Shown piece after piece: positions 47,116-56,435 of a DNA stretch of 64,000 nt (the stretch's first letter is position 1; every line of letters begins with the position of its first letter). The translations under genes were made by a program, and so were the position numbers. Source of the DNA: Chloroflexota bacterium (GTDB lineage Bacteria; Chloroflexota; Anaerolineae; Anaerolineales; Villigracilaceae). The notes beneath the pieces were generated by a model. That model was not told where the DNA came from. It searched no databases and saw only the letters and a program-made list of their open reading frames with translations. The DNA is taken from NCBI GenBank assembly GCA_021824575.1, contig JAKAKJ010000082.1, forward strand, positions 50,211-114,210, given 5' to 3'.

Positions 47116-47536
47116 GGCATTCCCTCGATGGATTTGTAATATACAACAAAACTATCCGGTTGCGGAAGTTATTTTATTCCGCGAATCAGCTACTTAAAGC
47201 AGGAGTTCGACAATGGCCGCACCACCGTCGAACTCACGGAGGAGGAGAAGAGAAACGTTACTGATTGATAAGGTCATTTTAGAATCTGCGCGTGAACATC
47301 AGGTGACAAAATTGTGTAGAGAATCTGCAGACCGCTATTAGCCTTGTCTCAAGATATTTATTTTTTTAAATTTTTCTAACAAGAAGTCATGCGCTGTGAC
47401 TGCATTGGGACAATAAGCAGGCGATCCGAGAAAACAATCCGCGGCGGGTCGCCAGGTGACGCACCTTATCATTAAACAAACCGTGGGACAGGCTTTTAGC
47501 CCGTCCCGTTTCTTTCAGGCAGTATAATCAAACAGT

Positions 47537-48748
47537 ATGAGCGTCCTGAAAGATAAACATATCCTGCTCGGCGTTACAGGTTCCATCGCGGCATTCAAGG
47601 CGGCTGACCTCGCATCCAAGTTGACACAAATGGACGCTCAAGTGGATGTCATTCTCACACCCACTGCAGAAAAATTCATCACACCGCTCACATTTCAATC
47701 CGTCACCGGACGCCACGCGTTTACAGAGTCCGATCTTTGGGGCGGCGAGGCACATGTGCTTCACGTTGGCCTAGGCAAGAGCGCTGATATTCTTGTTATC
47801 GCGCCATGCACTGCAAACACGATTGCAAAATTAGCGCACGGCGAGGCTGGTAATTTATTGACCATCACCGCGCTTGCCGCGCAATGCCCGCTGCTGGTTG
47901 CCCCGGCAATGGACGGCGGCATGTTCGATCATCCCGCCACGCAGGAAAATCTTGCGAAGTTAAAAGAACGCGGCGCGTATGTCGCTGGCCCTACCGAGGG
48001 ACATCTTGCATCAGGATTGGCTGGCAAAGGACGTTTGATTGAACCTGCTGAATTGATCGGTCACATCCGCTTCGTTCTCGGACGAAGGGGGCGGCTCGCC
48101 GCCAAAAAGGTCGTTGTCTCCGCTGGCGGGACACAGGAACCTCTCGACCCTGTCCGTGTTCTCACCAACAAATCTTCAGGCAAACAAGGTTACGCGTTGG
48201 CACAGGCCGCGCTCGATGCGGGCGCAAACGTGACCTTGATTACCACGCCAACATCGTTGACGCCGCCGGTTGGAGCGCGCGTGATCAATGTTCAAACCGC
48301 AAAACAAATGTTGGATGCCGTATTGAAAGAATCCGCCGATGCCGACGCGCTCATCATGGCCGCCGCGGTGGCAGACTTCAGGCCGAAGCAGGCCGCTGGA
48401 AACAAGATGAAGAAACGGGACGGCATTCCGCAGATCGAGCTTGAAGAGACGGAAGATATTCTCGAAGCAGTAGCCGCTTTGAAATCCGGGAAGAGGCGGC
48501 CGCGCGTCATGGTCGGATTCGCGGCTGAGTCGCGCAATCTGCTCGAGAACGCAAATGAAAAACTTAAGGCGAAAAAATTGGATTTTATTGCCGCCAATGA
48601 CATTTCGTCGAAAGACGCAGGTTTTGGCGTGGAGACGAATCGAGTTACTTTGTTATTTGAAACTGGGAAGCACGAATCTTTGCCGTTGATGAACAAAGCG
48701 GAGGTGGCCGATGCCATCATCGAACGCGTCGCGGCGCTGCTGGAGTAA
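47537..48748 (+). CDS. coaBC: Bifunctional phosphopantothenoylcysteine decarboxylase / phosphopantothenate-cysteine ligase
   Basis: ILLGVTGSIAAFKA, PAMD..M, TAGGT.EP.DPVR..TN.SSGK and AAAVADFRP. Confidence 0.9.
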   Translation: MSVLKDKHILLGVTGSIAAFKAADLASKLTQMDAQVDVILTPTAEKFITPLTFQSVTGRHAFTESDLWGGEAHVLHVGLGKSADILVIAPCTANTIAKLAHGEAGNLLTITALAAQCPLLVAPAMDGGMFDHPATQENLAKLKERGAYVAGPTEGHLASGLAGKGRLIEPAELIGHIRFVLGRRGRLAAKKVVVSAGGTQEPLDPVRVLTNKSSGKQGYALAQAALDAGANVTLITTPTSLTPPVGARVINVQTAKQMLDAVLKESADADALIMAAAVADFRPKQAAGNKMKKRDGIPQIELEETEDILEAVAALKSGKRRPRVMVGFAAESRNLLENANEKLKAKKLDFIAANDISSKDAGFGVETNRVTLLFETGKHESLPLMNKAEVADAIIERVAALLE

Positions 48749-48750
48749 TC

Positions 48751-49482
48751 ATGCGCATTCTGGTCATTTCGGACATTCACGCCAACTACACCGCACTGGA
48801 GGCTGTACTTAATGATGCAGGCACGGTGGATGAAACCTGGTGTCTCGGCGATCTGGTCGGTTACGGGCCGGACCCGAACGCGGTTATGGAACAAGTGCGG
48901 GAACTGGCGCATTTGACCTGTGTTTTGGGCAATCACGATGTGGCGATCATAGGCAAGATGCCTTTGGAAGCTTTCAACGGTGACGCGCGCCGTTCGCTTG
49001 TTTGGACTGAGAAGGTGCTTACCGCCGATAATATGGACTTCATGCGTTCCCTGCCGCAGAACACAAAAGTGCGCGGACACGTGACGCTCGCGCACGGCAG
49101 TCCGCGTGACCCGGTTTGGGAATATGTCTTGAATACGCTTTCAGCGCGCCTCAACTTCGAGCATTTCGATACGCCATTTTGTTTTGTGGGACATTCGCAC
49201 ATCCAAAGCATGTTCCAATTGAACGTCAAGAACGACCGCGTGACGATGGAAGTGGCGCGGGAACGCGAAGCGACGGAGCTTACGCCGCGTGCGATTCTAA
49301 ATCCCGGCTCGGTCGGACAGCCGCGCGACCGTGATCCGCGCGCCGCGTATGCCATTTACGACAGCCAGGCCGACACGTGGGAGGCCCGCCGCGTGGCATA
49401 TGACATTGCGGAAGTCCAGCAGCGCATTCGCGAAGCAGGATTACCAGAAAAACATGCGGTGAGATTGGCAGAAGGTTGGTAA
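48751..49482 (+). CDS. Metallophosphoesterase (calcineurin-like, YfcE/MJ0936-type)
   Basis: ISDIHAN, GDLVGYG, GNHD and GH(S)H motifs. Confidence 0.8.
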   Translation: MRILVISDIHANYTALEAVLNDAGTVDETWCLGDLVGYGPDPNAVMEQVRELAHLTCVLGNHDVAIIGKMPLEAFNGDARRSLVWTEKVLTADNMDFMRSLPQNTKVRGHVTLAHGSPRDPVWEYVLNTLSARLNFEHFDTPFCFVGHSHIQSMFQLNVKNDRVTMEVAREREATELTPRAILNPGSVGQPRDRDPRAAYAIYDSQADTWEARRVAYDIAEVQQRIREAGLPEKHAVRLAEGW

Positions 49483-49596
49483 TTCAGTAAGCAGTTGTCA
49501 ATACGCAGTAACAGTGGGGAGGGCTGGAACTTTTAGAGTTGCGTTTCGTCATTAAGGCAAATCAATCACCTTACGCCCTTGTCGAAGGAGGACGAA

Positions 49597-50577
49597 ATGA
49601 AACGCTCATTCACGGTCATTGCTTTCATCACGATTTTGATTCTGTCGGCTTGCAGCACAATGCGCCTGTCTCCTGCCGCAACTCAGGCTCCTGCTCTTTC
49701 TTATGGCAAGGGAGGAGGTGCTCCATCACTACAGGAAGCGCCCGCTGCGGCGCCCGCCCCATTTTTAAATGATGCTGCAAAAAGCGCGGCTCAAAATTCG
49801 GTTGTCTCAACAACCGGCGAAACAGCACCATCCAGCAACCGACTTGTCATCCAAACTGCTGAACTGACCATCGTGGTAAAAGATGTCAACGCCCGCGCGG
49901 CGGCGATCCAAAATATGGCGACGCAAATGGGCGGATTCGTCGTATCGGCAAACAATTATCAAACCTATGCCAGCGATGGAACGCAGGTTCCACAGGCGGA
50001 TGTTGTTGTCCGCGTGCCTGCGGACCAACTCGAGGCCGCGCTGACTCAAATCAAGCAGGGCACGGTTGACGTCAAGAGCGAGACGCGTTCCGGCCAGGAT
50101 GTCACCGATCAATACGTTGACCTGCAATCGCGGCTTACAGCAAAACAGGCCGCCGAAGATCAATTGATAAAGATCATGCAGAACGCCACGCGGACTCAAG
50201 ATGTACTTGATGTCTACCAGCAGTTACAGCAGGTCGAGAGCGACATCGAAGTGTTGAAAGGCCAGATCAAATATTACGAGCAGTCCGCCGCACTATCCGC
50301 AATCACGGTTCATATCGTGGCTGAAGAAACGGTCAAGCCTCTTCAGGTCGGCGGATGGAAACCGCAAGGCGTCGCGCGCGATGCGATCCAAAGCCTGATC
50401 TTTTTCTGGCAGGGTTTCATCAATTTCCTGATCACATTCTTCCTGCTGGTCCTGCCGGTGCTCATCACCATTGCCATTCCAATTTTCCTGGTGGCCCTGC
50501 TTCTGCGCTGGATCTTTCGCAAGATTTGGAAGCCAAAAGCCAAAGCGGTCATGCAGGTCCAGGAGAACAAGAATTAG
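49597..50577 (+). CDS. DUF4349-family lipoprotein with C-terminal TM segments
   Basis: ATG 49597 after AAGGAGG. Lipobox ILSAC. Coiled coil DVTDQYVDLQSRL...LKGQIKYYE. Confidence 0.7.
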   Translation: MKRSFTVIAFITILILSACSTMRLSPAATQAPALSYGKGGGAPSLQEAPAAAPAPFLNDAAKSAAQNSVVSTTGETAPSSNRLVIQTAELTIVVKDVNARAAAIQNMATQMGGFVVSANNYQTYASDGTQVPQADVVVRVPADQLEAALTQIKQGTVDVKSETRSGQDVTDQYVDLQSRLTAKQAAEDQLIKIMQNATRTQDVLDVYQQLQQVESDIEVLKGQIKYYEQSAALSAITVHIVAEETVKPLQVGGWKPQGVARDAIQSLIFFWQGFINFLITFFLLVLPVLITIAIPIFLVALLLRWIFRKIWKPKAKAVMQVQENKN

Positions 50578-50587
50578 TCCCAGCGTA

Positions 50588-50626
50588 CTCCCCTCCCGCA
50601 AAATGGAGGGGAGTATAATTTTTTCA
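50588..50626 (+). terminator. Intrinsic terminator after the DUF4349 gene
   Basis: CTCCCCTCC (50588-50596) pairs with GGAGGGGAG (50605-50613), followed by a T-run at 50619-50625. Confidence 0.65.
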
Positions 50627-50632
50627 TCAGGC

Positions 50633-51343
50633 ATGGATAAACTTGTTCAGCACGCACAGGAATTATTTCACGTCCATCTAATGGGGCGGCAGGTCATGGC
50701 GCTGGTCACGTATGAGCGCGAGCTTCTGGATTGGAATCGCAAATTCAATTTGACGGCCATCCGCGACGCGGAGTCGATTCGCACCAAACATTTTTTGGAT
50801 TCGTTCTCCTGCGTGCTGGCGTGGGGTGCGAATCCGCCGCATCGTCTCATTGACGTTGGAACGGGTGCGGGTTTCCCGGGCCTTCCCCTGAAAATTTTGT
50901 ATCCGCAAATGAAGCTGACGCTCGTGGAGTCAGTCGGCAAGAAAGCGATGTTTTGCGAACATATCGTCCGCATGATCGGTCTCGATAATGTGGAAGTCAT
51001 CAAGACGCGCGCCGAAGATATTGGACAAAAGCCAGACCACCGCGAGAAATATGATTGGGCCGTGGCGCGCGCCGTCGCTGACATGAAAGTGCTCGCCGAA
51101 TATCTTCTGCCCCTCACGAAAATCGGCGGGACGATGCTCGCGCAAAAAGGTGAAAACGGACCCGCCGAAGCGCAGTCCGCTGAAAAGGCAATGAAATTAT
51201 TGGGCGGAAAATTGCGGCAGGTGATTCCCGTCAATTTGCCGGGAGTGCCCGATGACCGCTATCTGGTTCTGGTGGATAAAACCGCAGCCACGCCGCCAAA
51301 ATATCCGCGCAAAGCTGGGATGGCAGCAAAACAGCCGTTGTAG
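50633..51343 (+). CDS. rsmG: 16S rRNA (guanine527-N7)-methyltransferase
   Basis: Start at ATG 50633 (MDKLVQ). FNLTAIRD...HFLDS and the SAM motif DVGTGAGFPGLPLKI. Confidence 0.85.
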   Translation: MDKLVQHAQELFHVHLMGRQVMALVTYERELLDWNRKFNLTAIRDAESIRTKHFLDSFSCVLAWGANPPHRLIDVGTGAGFPGLPLKILYPQMKLTLVESVGKKAMFCEHIVRMIGLDNVEVIKTRAEDIGQKPDHREKYDWAVARAVADMKVLAEYLLPLTKIGGTMLAQKGENGPAEAQSAEKAMKLLGGKLRQVIPVNLPGVPDDRYLVLVDKTAATPPKYPRKAGMAAKQPL

Positions 51344-51431
51344 GTCGGTCTTCCAAGTCAATAAGTCCAACAAGTCATATTGGTTGCCCAGCAGCTTGTT
51401 GGATTTTTTAGACCCCAGACAATAAGACCAA

Positions 51432-51809
51432 TTAGCAACTCGCCTCATCCATAACCACGACTTTGTCTTCCTTGTTGGGGATGATGCACAAAAATTCAAA
51501 TGGTTCTTCGCCCGTGTTTAGATACGAATGAATCGCACCTTCGGGGATGAAAACCACGTCACCGGCTTTGACATGATGCGTCTCATCGCCGATGGTGATG
51601 GTGGCTTGCCCGCGCAAAACATATTGTTCATGTTCAACAGTGTTCGTGTGGCGCGGCATGCCTCCACCCTTTTGCATCGAGAATTTCCGCAGGGCAAAGT
51701 TTGGTCCTTCTTTCGATGAGATCAAGACTTGAATTTTCGTGTCTTTGGCGTTCAAGACATCTTTCGCTTCGACATCACTGGCATGTTTGACGGTCATTTC
51801 TGCCTCCAT
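51432..51809 (-). CDS. Cupin-domain protein
   Basis: 125 aa. G..MPRHTN.VEHEQYVL.G and GDVVFIPEGAIH. Confidence 0.7.
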   Translation of the reverse strand: MEAEMTVKHASDVEAKDVLNAKDTKIQVLISSKEGPNFALRKFSMQKGGGMPRHTNTVEHEQYVLRGQATITIGDETHHVKAGDVVFIPEGAIHSYLNTGEEPFEFLCIIPNKEDKVVVMDEASC

Positions 51810-51818
51810 TCATTTTGG

Positions 51819-51890
51819 AACCGCGAAGCACGCTAAGAGCGCAAGGTTTTCTAAAATTTTCTCTTCGCGTTCTTCGCACCCTTTGCGGTT
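51819..51890. repeat. REP-like family 2, copy C: ~28-nt imperfect inverted arms
   Basis: AACCGCGAAGCACGCTAAGAGCGCAAGG (51819-51847) and CTTCGCGTTCTTCGCACCCTTTGCGGTT (51863-51890). The recF stop codon (51889-51891) overlaps the 3' end of the right arm. Confidence 0.6.
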
Positions 51891-53079
51891 AATTCTTCTT
51901 TACAGTTCCATCTTCCACTTTCCATACTTCCGCTTTCTCTACAAACTCCGGAGCGAACATATTCACATCGGTTGCAGTGAAGAAAACCTGTTCGCTCTCG
52001 CCAACATATTTTAGTAAATCTGCGCGGCGTTGTAAATCCAACTCAGCCATCACTTCATCCAACAAAATCACCGGCCACTCGCCCGTGCGTTCCTTCATCC
52101 AATTGACTTCAGCCAGCTTCAACGCCAGCAATGTCGTACGGATCTGTCCGCGCGAGCCGTAATCGCCGAGGTCAATGCCGTTGGCGAGGAAGCGCAATTC
52201 GTCGCGGTGCGGGCCGATGGTGGTCACGCCGCGTGCGATCTCCTCGGAGCGGATTTCTTTCAGGCGAGTCAAAAACCCCTTGCGGATGTCGTCCGCTTTG
52301 AGGGCAGAGCGATCCGTGTCTGTTGTCAGCTTCATGCTGATCGGCGGAAGCGGGTCGTACGCTGGCTGATAGTTCAATCGCAAAACTTCGCGGCCATGAG
52401 TCAATTCATTGTGGACGCGCGCCGCGAGACGTTCGATCTGCTGGACGGCCTCGACGCGCCACTGGATGATCTGCGCGCCGAGACGCGCCAGCGCCTCATC
52501 CCAGACTTCGAGCTGGTCGCCGCTTCCTCCGCTTTCGTATAACGCCTTGAGCAGCGCGTTGCGCTGACTGAGCGCCTGGTTGTAATCGCTCAACACGCCC
52601 GCAAAAGTTGGGACGGCTTGCGCCAACGCGAGATTGAGATAGCGCCGTCGTTCATCGGGGCCGTCTTCGATGATGGCTGACATTTGAGGAACGAAGATGA
52701 CCGCGTTGAAATGACCGATGACATCGTTCATCTGCTTCTTCACGCCATCGAGCAAAATCTCTTTGCGGAGGCGCTGACCATTTACGCCGGTTGGTTCGAG
52801 AATCAACCGCGCTTCGATGTGATGATTGCGTTTGTTGCGTTGATAATCTGCAACGAGGCGCGCCACTGCCAATGGATTTTTTGCTTCGACAAGGTTGACC
52901 ATTTGACGGTCGGTGTTGGTTTGAAACGACGTGAAGGATGCAAGAAAATAAACAGCTTCGAGAATACTGGTCTTGCCCTGCGCGTTATTCCCCACCAGCA
53001 AAATAACCCGCCGGGGCAGGTCAATATCCAGGCGGGCAAAATTACGGAAGTTGGTGAGGGAGAGACGCTTGAGGTGCAT
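51889..53079 (-). CDS. recF: DNA replication and repair protein RecF
   Basis: LSLTNFRNF, Walker A GNNAQGKTSILEA and Walker B ILLDEVMAELD. Confidence 0.9.
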   Translation of the reverse strand: MHLKRLSLTNFRNFARLDIDLPRRVILLVGNNAQGKTSILEAVYFLASFTSFQTNTDRQMVNLVEAKNPLAVARLVADYQRNKRNHHIEARLILEPTGVNGQRLRKEILLDGVKKQMNDVIGHFNAVIFVPQMSAIIEDGPDERRRYLNLALAQAVPTFAGVLSDYNQALSQRNALLKALYESGGSGDQLEVWDEALARLGAQIIQWRVEAVQQIERLAARVHNELTHGREVLRLNYQPAYDPLPPISMKLTTDTDRSALKADDIRKGFLTRLKEIRSEEIARGVTTIGPHRDELRFLANGIDLGDYGSRGQIRTTLLALKLAEVNWMKERTGEWPVILLDEVMAELDLQRRADLLKYVGESEQVFFTATDVNMFAPEFVEKAEVWKVEDGTVKKN

Positions 53080-53086
53080 GGTTTTT

Positions 53087-53115
53087 GTAGGGGCACAGCG
53101 TCGCTGTGCCCCTAC
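53087..53115. repeat. REP-like family 1 palindrome GTAGGGGCACAGCGTCGCTGTGCCCCTAC (copy 1)
   Basis: 29-nt element with a 12-bp perfect stem. Identical to the copy at 57446-57474. It sits between the GNAT stop and the recF start. Confidence 0.85.
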
Positions 53116-53121
53116 CGCAAT

Positions 53122-53598
53122 CTATAGATTCATTTCCAATTCAAGCTCATCGCGTATCGGGATGTCATCGTGACCAGTCGGCGGAATGCTTAATTTTATT
53201 TTGCGAGATTCGTTCACGGCGCCGCGATGAAGCGCCGAGAGCTCAAAGCCGCGTTTCTGAAAAAAACCAAGCGCCGGCAGATTATCATTGGTTGTGATGA
53301 GGAAGAGGCGCTTGCAGCCTTTTTCGCGCGCTGCTTTGATGGCCGCTTCGAGCAATGATGTACCGATGCCCTTTTCCTCGCGGACACTGTCAATCGAAAC
53401 GATTTCACAGTCGTCATCCGAATGCGCCAGCGTGATCGTGCCCACGATCTCCCTGCCATCCAGAGCGAGAAATCCGTCCATTGTGTCCACGCGATAGACG
53501 ACCCCATGTGCCACAATGGTTTCATCGCCCCAGCGCTCCACCCAGAACTTACGCAGGCGCGGCTGGTCTTCACGCGTGATACTGCGGATCGTAATCAT
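53122..53598 (-). CDS. GNAT-family N-acetyltransferase
   Basis: 158 aa. Acetyl-CoA motif REEKGIGTSLLEAAIKAAREKG. Confidence 0.8.
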   Translation of the reverse strand: MITIRSITREDQPRLRKFWVERWGDETIVAHGVVYRVDTMDGFLALDGREIVGTITLAHSDDDCEIVSIDSVREEKGIGTSLLEAAIKAAREKGCKRLFLITTNDNLPALGFFQKRGFELSALHRGAVNESRKIKLSIPPTGHDDIPIRDELELEMNL

Positions 53599-54125
53599 CA
53601 GACCATATCCTCCTCTTCCTCGGGTTCCGGCTTCCAGACTTTGGTGGCGCGGTCCGGGAAGACAATGCCGTTGATGTGATCAATCTCATGCTGGAAGATG
53701 CGCGCCAGCCAGTCCTCCGCTTTGACTTTCATCGGCTTGCCATGACGGTTCAATCCCTTGACCTGTATTTTCGAATACCGTTCGACTTCTCCCACCAGGC
53801 CGGGAATGGACAGGCAGCCTTCCACGCCCATCACAGTCTCCTCTGAAGTCTTTACGATTTCCGGATTGATCATCACGTAAAGTTTTGGTTTTACTTCTTT
53901 GGGCTTTGCGCCTTCTATAACATCCGGTTGATCTGCATACTCCACAACGATCAATCGTTCGGGGATTCCAACCTGCGGCGCGGCCAATCCAACGCCGGGG
54001 GCATCGCGCATGGTATCCACCATGTCATCAATCAACGTCTGCAAGTCTTTATCGAATTTACTAATGGGCCGGGCCTTTTTCCTCAAGACCGGGTCCGGAA
54101 GGGTTACGATTTTTCTAAGAGTCAT
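53598..54125 (-). CDS. def: Peptide deformylase
   Basis: GVGLAAPQVG, EGCLSIPG and QHEIDHINGI. Confidence 0.95.
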   Translation of the reverse strand: MTLRKIVTLPDPVLRKKARPISKFDKDLQTLIDDMVDTMRDAPGVGLAAPQVGIPERLIVVEYADQPDVIEGAKPKEVKPKLYVMINPEIVKTSEETVMGVEGCLSIPGLVGEVERYSKIQVKGLNRHGKPMKVKAEDWLARIFQHEIDHINGIVFPDRATKVWKPEPEEEEDMV

Positions 54126-54155
54126 ATTCCATACCTCGAAAATTGTCCCCGGATT

Positions 54156-55850
54156 TTACTCGTTTTTTGTCTCATTTTTTGGCTGGCGCAGTTCGTTGTC
54201 GATTTCCTGAATATTTTCGTGATAACTTGCCAGCCAGTCTGCCATGCGTTCGCGTTCCGCCTTTGCGCGGGCCTCTTCCTGCCTGGCCCGGCGCGCCAGG
54301 CGGCGGTCATCAATATCCTGCTGCACGGCGGCTGGATTGTAAACATCCTCGAACTCCAGCCGCGAGCCGCCGACGGTAATGTAAACCGTCCCGTAATTGA
54401 AGATGTGACCGATGATGCCCCACCGTTTCGATTCGGTCGCGAGGATATTCTCCAGCGGCGCGGCTTTGCGCTCCTCCGTGCCAAAGGGCTTCTTCTCGAT
54501 ATCAATGATCTGATCGTCTGTGACCTGATAAATATCGTTGCGCCAGTCAACGTATTGATAACCCAATTGGTAAAGCCCATAAAAGAAGAGGAGCAATAAG
54601 AAAAAGAAGATATAGTCAACGTGGAGAGTTCCCGCCTGCACCCAAATAAAAAACCGCCAGAACATTCCAATGGCAAGGAGCAGGCAAAATAATGCGGGAA
54701 GCCCGGCATGTTCGACCAAAACGAAAATGTGTTTGCGATACGTGATGGTGCCAGCCGATTCAAAGCGGACTTTGAGCAGCATGGAATCCCTGAACAATTT
54801 GGATGCCAGAATTTTCAAGATGCCCGGCTTGTACATGCTGCGAACGACAACATCCTGTTCGGATTCGGACCCGGTTGTTTTCGCTTCCTCGGTCAGCCCC
54901 AGCTTCCTGCGAATCTCGTTTCGCATTGCCTCTTTTTCGTGTGCGGAAGCCACGTGCTTGCTGCGGCCCCAAAGTTCCTCGACCATGTCCGCGGCCTGGT
55001 TGGGATGCGAAACGTGATGAAATGGGATTTTGCCGACGAACGTCCGCACAACTACGTTGCCGTAATCCATCATGCGGCCAGTAAAGTCCGTCTCGACGCC
55101 CACCGAAAGGATGGTGGATAGCGGCGCTTCCATGCGGCTGTCGTAAAGCATGACCACTTTCTCGAGCCACACCACCCGCTGGTTCGTGACGATGTAATAA
55201 TCGTTGCCCCAGTCAATTGCGCGCCAGATCGCCCAGCCAATCAAATAGAGGGTTATGATCGAACTTATGGCGATGGCGACCCATGAATGCACGTGAATAG
55301 CCCATGCCAAAAACAGGAAGGCAAAAAATGTCAGCGCAAGCGGAAGAGCCAGCGCATCAAATAATAAAATGGGATGCTTGCGAGCTAGGAAGTAGATAAC
55401 CTCGTCTTTTCTCAGCCATTTGAACTGGATCTGGCGCGCCAGCCTGCGGCTCGCGATCGAAACCTCGAACGCCGCCTTCATTCTTGGAAAGCGTTTGATC
55501 AGCTTGTTGAATTCTTCGCGGGTGAGCGAGAAAATGAACGTCGTTTCTGAGGCTGTGATCGTTGCAGAGCGCTTCCGGCTCACGTAAAGAGCTTCTTCGC
55601 CAAAATAATCTCCGCCCACCAGGGAAGCCAACTCCATCTGTTCATTATGCCGCGTTTGCGTAATCCGCACATTGCCTTGATAAATGATAAAGAACCTGTC
55701 TGCCTGCGAGCCTTGCGAAAAAATTGGCGCACTCGCTTCAAAGGTTTCTTCCTTAAGCTCCTCTGCAATAGTAGTCAAATCCTCATCCTTCAAACCCCGA
55801 AAGAGATGAATACGTTTAAGAAATGCAACGCGAGCAGGGGTGGATATCAC
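54156..55850 (-). CDS. Cyclic-nucleotide-binding domain fused to two membrane-embedded bacterial PH (bPH_2, YdbS/YdbT-like) modules
   Basis: N-terminal CAP_ED (FGEEALYVSRKRSATITA). Two units each consist of a TM hairpin followed by (Y)YIVTNQRVVWLEK.../IYQVTDDQIIDIEKK.... C-terminal R/E/A-rich coiled coil. Confidence 0.75.
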   Translation of the reverse strand: MISTPARVAFLKRIHLFRGLKDEDLTTIAEELKEETFEASAPIFSQGSQADRFFIIYQGNVRITQTRHNEQMELASLVGGDYFGEEALYVSRKRSATITASETTFIFSLTREEFNKLIKRFPRMKAAFEVSIASRRLARQIQFKWLRKDEVIYFLARKHPILLFDALALPLALTFFAFLFLAWAIHVHSWVAIAISSIITLYLIGWAIWRAIDWGNDYYIVTNQRVVWLEKVVMLYDSRMEAPLSTILSVGVETDFTGRMMDYGNVVVRTFVGKIPFHHVSHPNQAADMVEELWGRSKHVASAHEKEAMRNEIRRKLGLTEEAKTTGSESEQDVVVRSMYKPGILKILASKLFRDSMLLKVRFESAGTITYRKHIFVLVEHAGLPALFCLLLAIGMFWRFFIWVQAGTLHVDYIFFFLLLLFFYGLYQLGYQYVDWRNDIYQVTDDQIIDIEKKPFGTEERKAAPLENILATESKRWGIIGHIFNYGTVYITVGGSRLEFEDVYNPAAVQQDIDDRRLARRARQEEARAKAERERMADWLASYHENIQEIDNELRQPKNETKNE

Positions 55851-55854
55851 GTTT

Positions 55855-56388
55855 TTATTCTACTGCTTCGCGAATGATGGCGCAACCATAGGCCGGAGTC
55901 TCTGCCAATGCGGGCAAATGCCCATTGAGCAGTGCGTCCACCGCCTCGTCCAGAAAGAATCGGGTTGGCTTGCGCTGGCGGAACGTCACATCGTCCACCG
56001 CGCCGCGATAACGGAGGATTCCGTCGCGGTCAATCACAAAGACATGAGGCGTGGTCTGCGCGTCATACAAATCCGCGACCGTTTGCTGCGCGTCGATCAG
56101 GACGGTGGGCAGGCGGCGCGCTTTAGCGGCCTCTTCCATACTTTGAATTGACTCGCTTCGATTCGACGCGATGGACAGCATCACCACATCTTCGCGCCAT
56201 TGAACGAACATGGACATTAGTGCGTGATCGGCGCGTTCCGAATGTGGGCATTCGCATGACCAAAAATTGATGATGACAATTTTGCCGCGATACTGGCTGA
56301 GACGGTGAAGATTTCCGTTTATATCGGGCAGTTCAAAATCAGGTGCGGATTCGTTGATTTGCACAATTGAATTATATCGTAGGGGCAT
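55855..56388 (-). CDS. Thioredoxin-fold protein (redoxin/AhpC-TSA family)
   Basis: APDFELPDINGNLHRLSQYRGKIVIINFWSCECPHS. Start taken at ATG 56388. Its stop lies 4 nt before the next gene. Confidence 0.7.
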   Translation of the reverse strand: MPLRYNSIVQINESAPDFELPDINGNLHRLSQYRGKIVIINFWSCECPHSERADHALMSMFVQWREDVVMLSIASNRSESIQSMEEAAKARRLPTVLIDAQQTVADLYDAQTTPHVFVIDRDGILRYRGAVDDVTFRQRKPTRFFLDEAVDALLNGHLPALAETPAYGCAIIREAVE

Positions 56389-56407
56389 GGCGCCGTTGTG
56401 CTTCCAC
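56379..56407. repeat. Degenerate copy of REP-like family 1
   Basis: GTAGGGGCATGGCGCCGTTGTGCTTCCAC matches the 29-mer at 22/29 positions. It lies in the divergent start region of two genes. Confidence 0.5.
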
Positions 56408-56435
56408 CACAAACGCCATGATAAAATCACACCCT

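Noticed and set aside
45150-47536. Low-GC cassette as a mobile element
   Set aside because: I saw no transposase, integrase, flanking direct or inverted repeats, or tRNA target. It is reported only as a compositional anomaly.
48292-49095. 267-aa minus-strand ORF spanning the coaBC/metallophosphoesterase junction
   Set aside because: It is antisense to two well-supported genes and crosses their boundary. It has no motifs.
53928-54763. ORFs 53928..54599 (+) and 54122..54763 (-)
   Set aside because: They overlap def and the cNMP-bPH gene in the wrong strand or frame and have no motifs.
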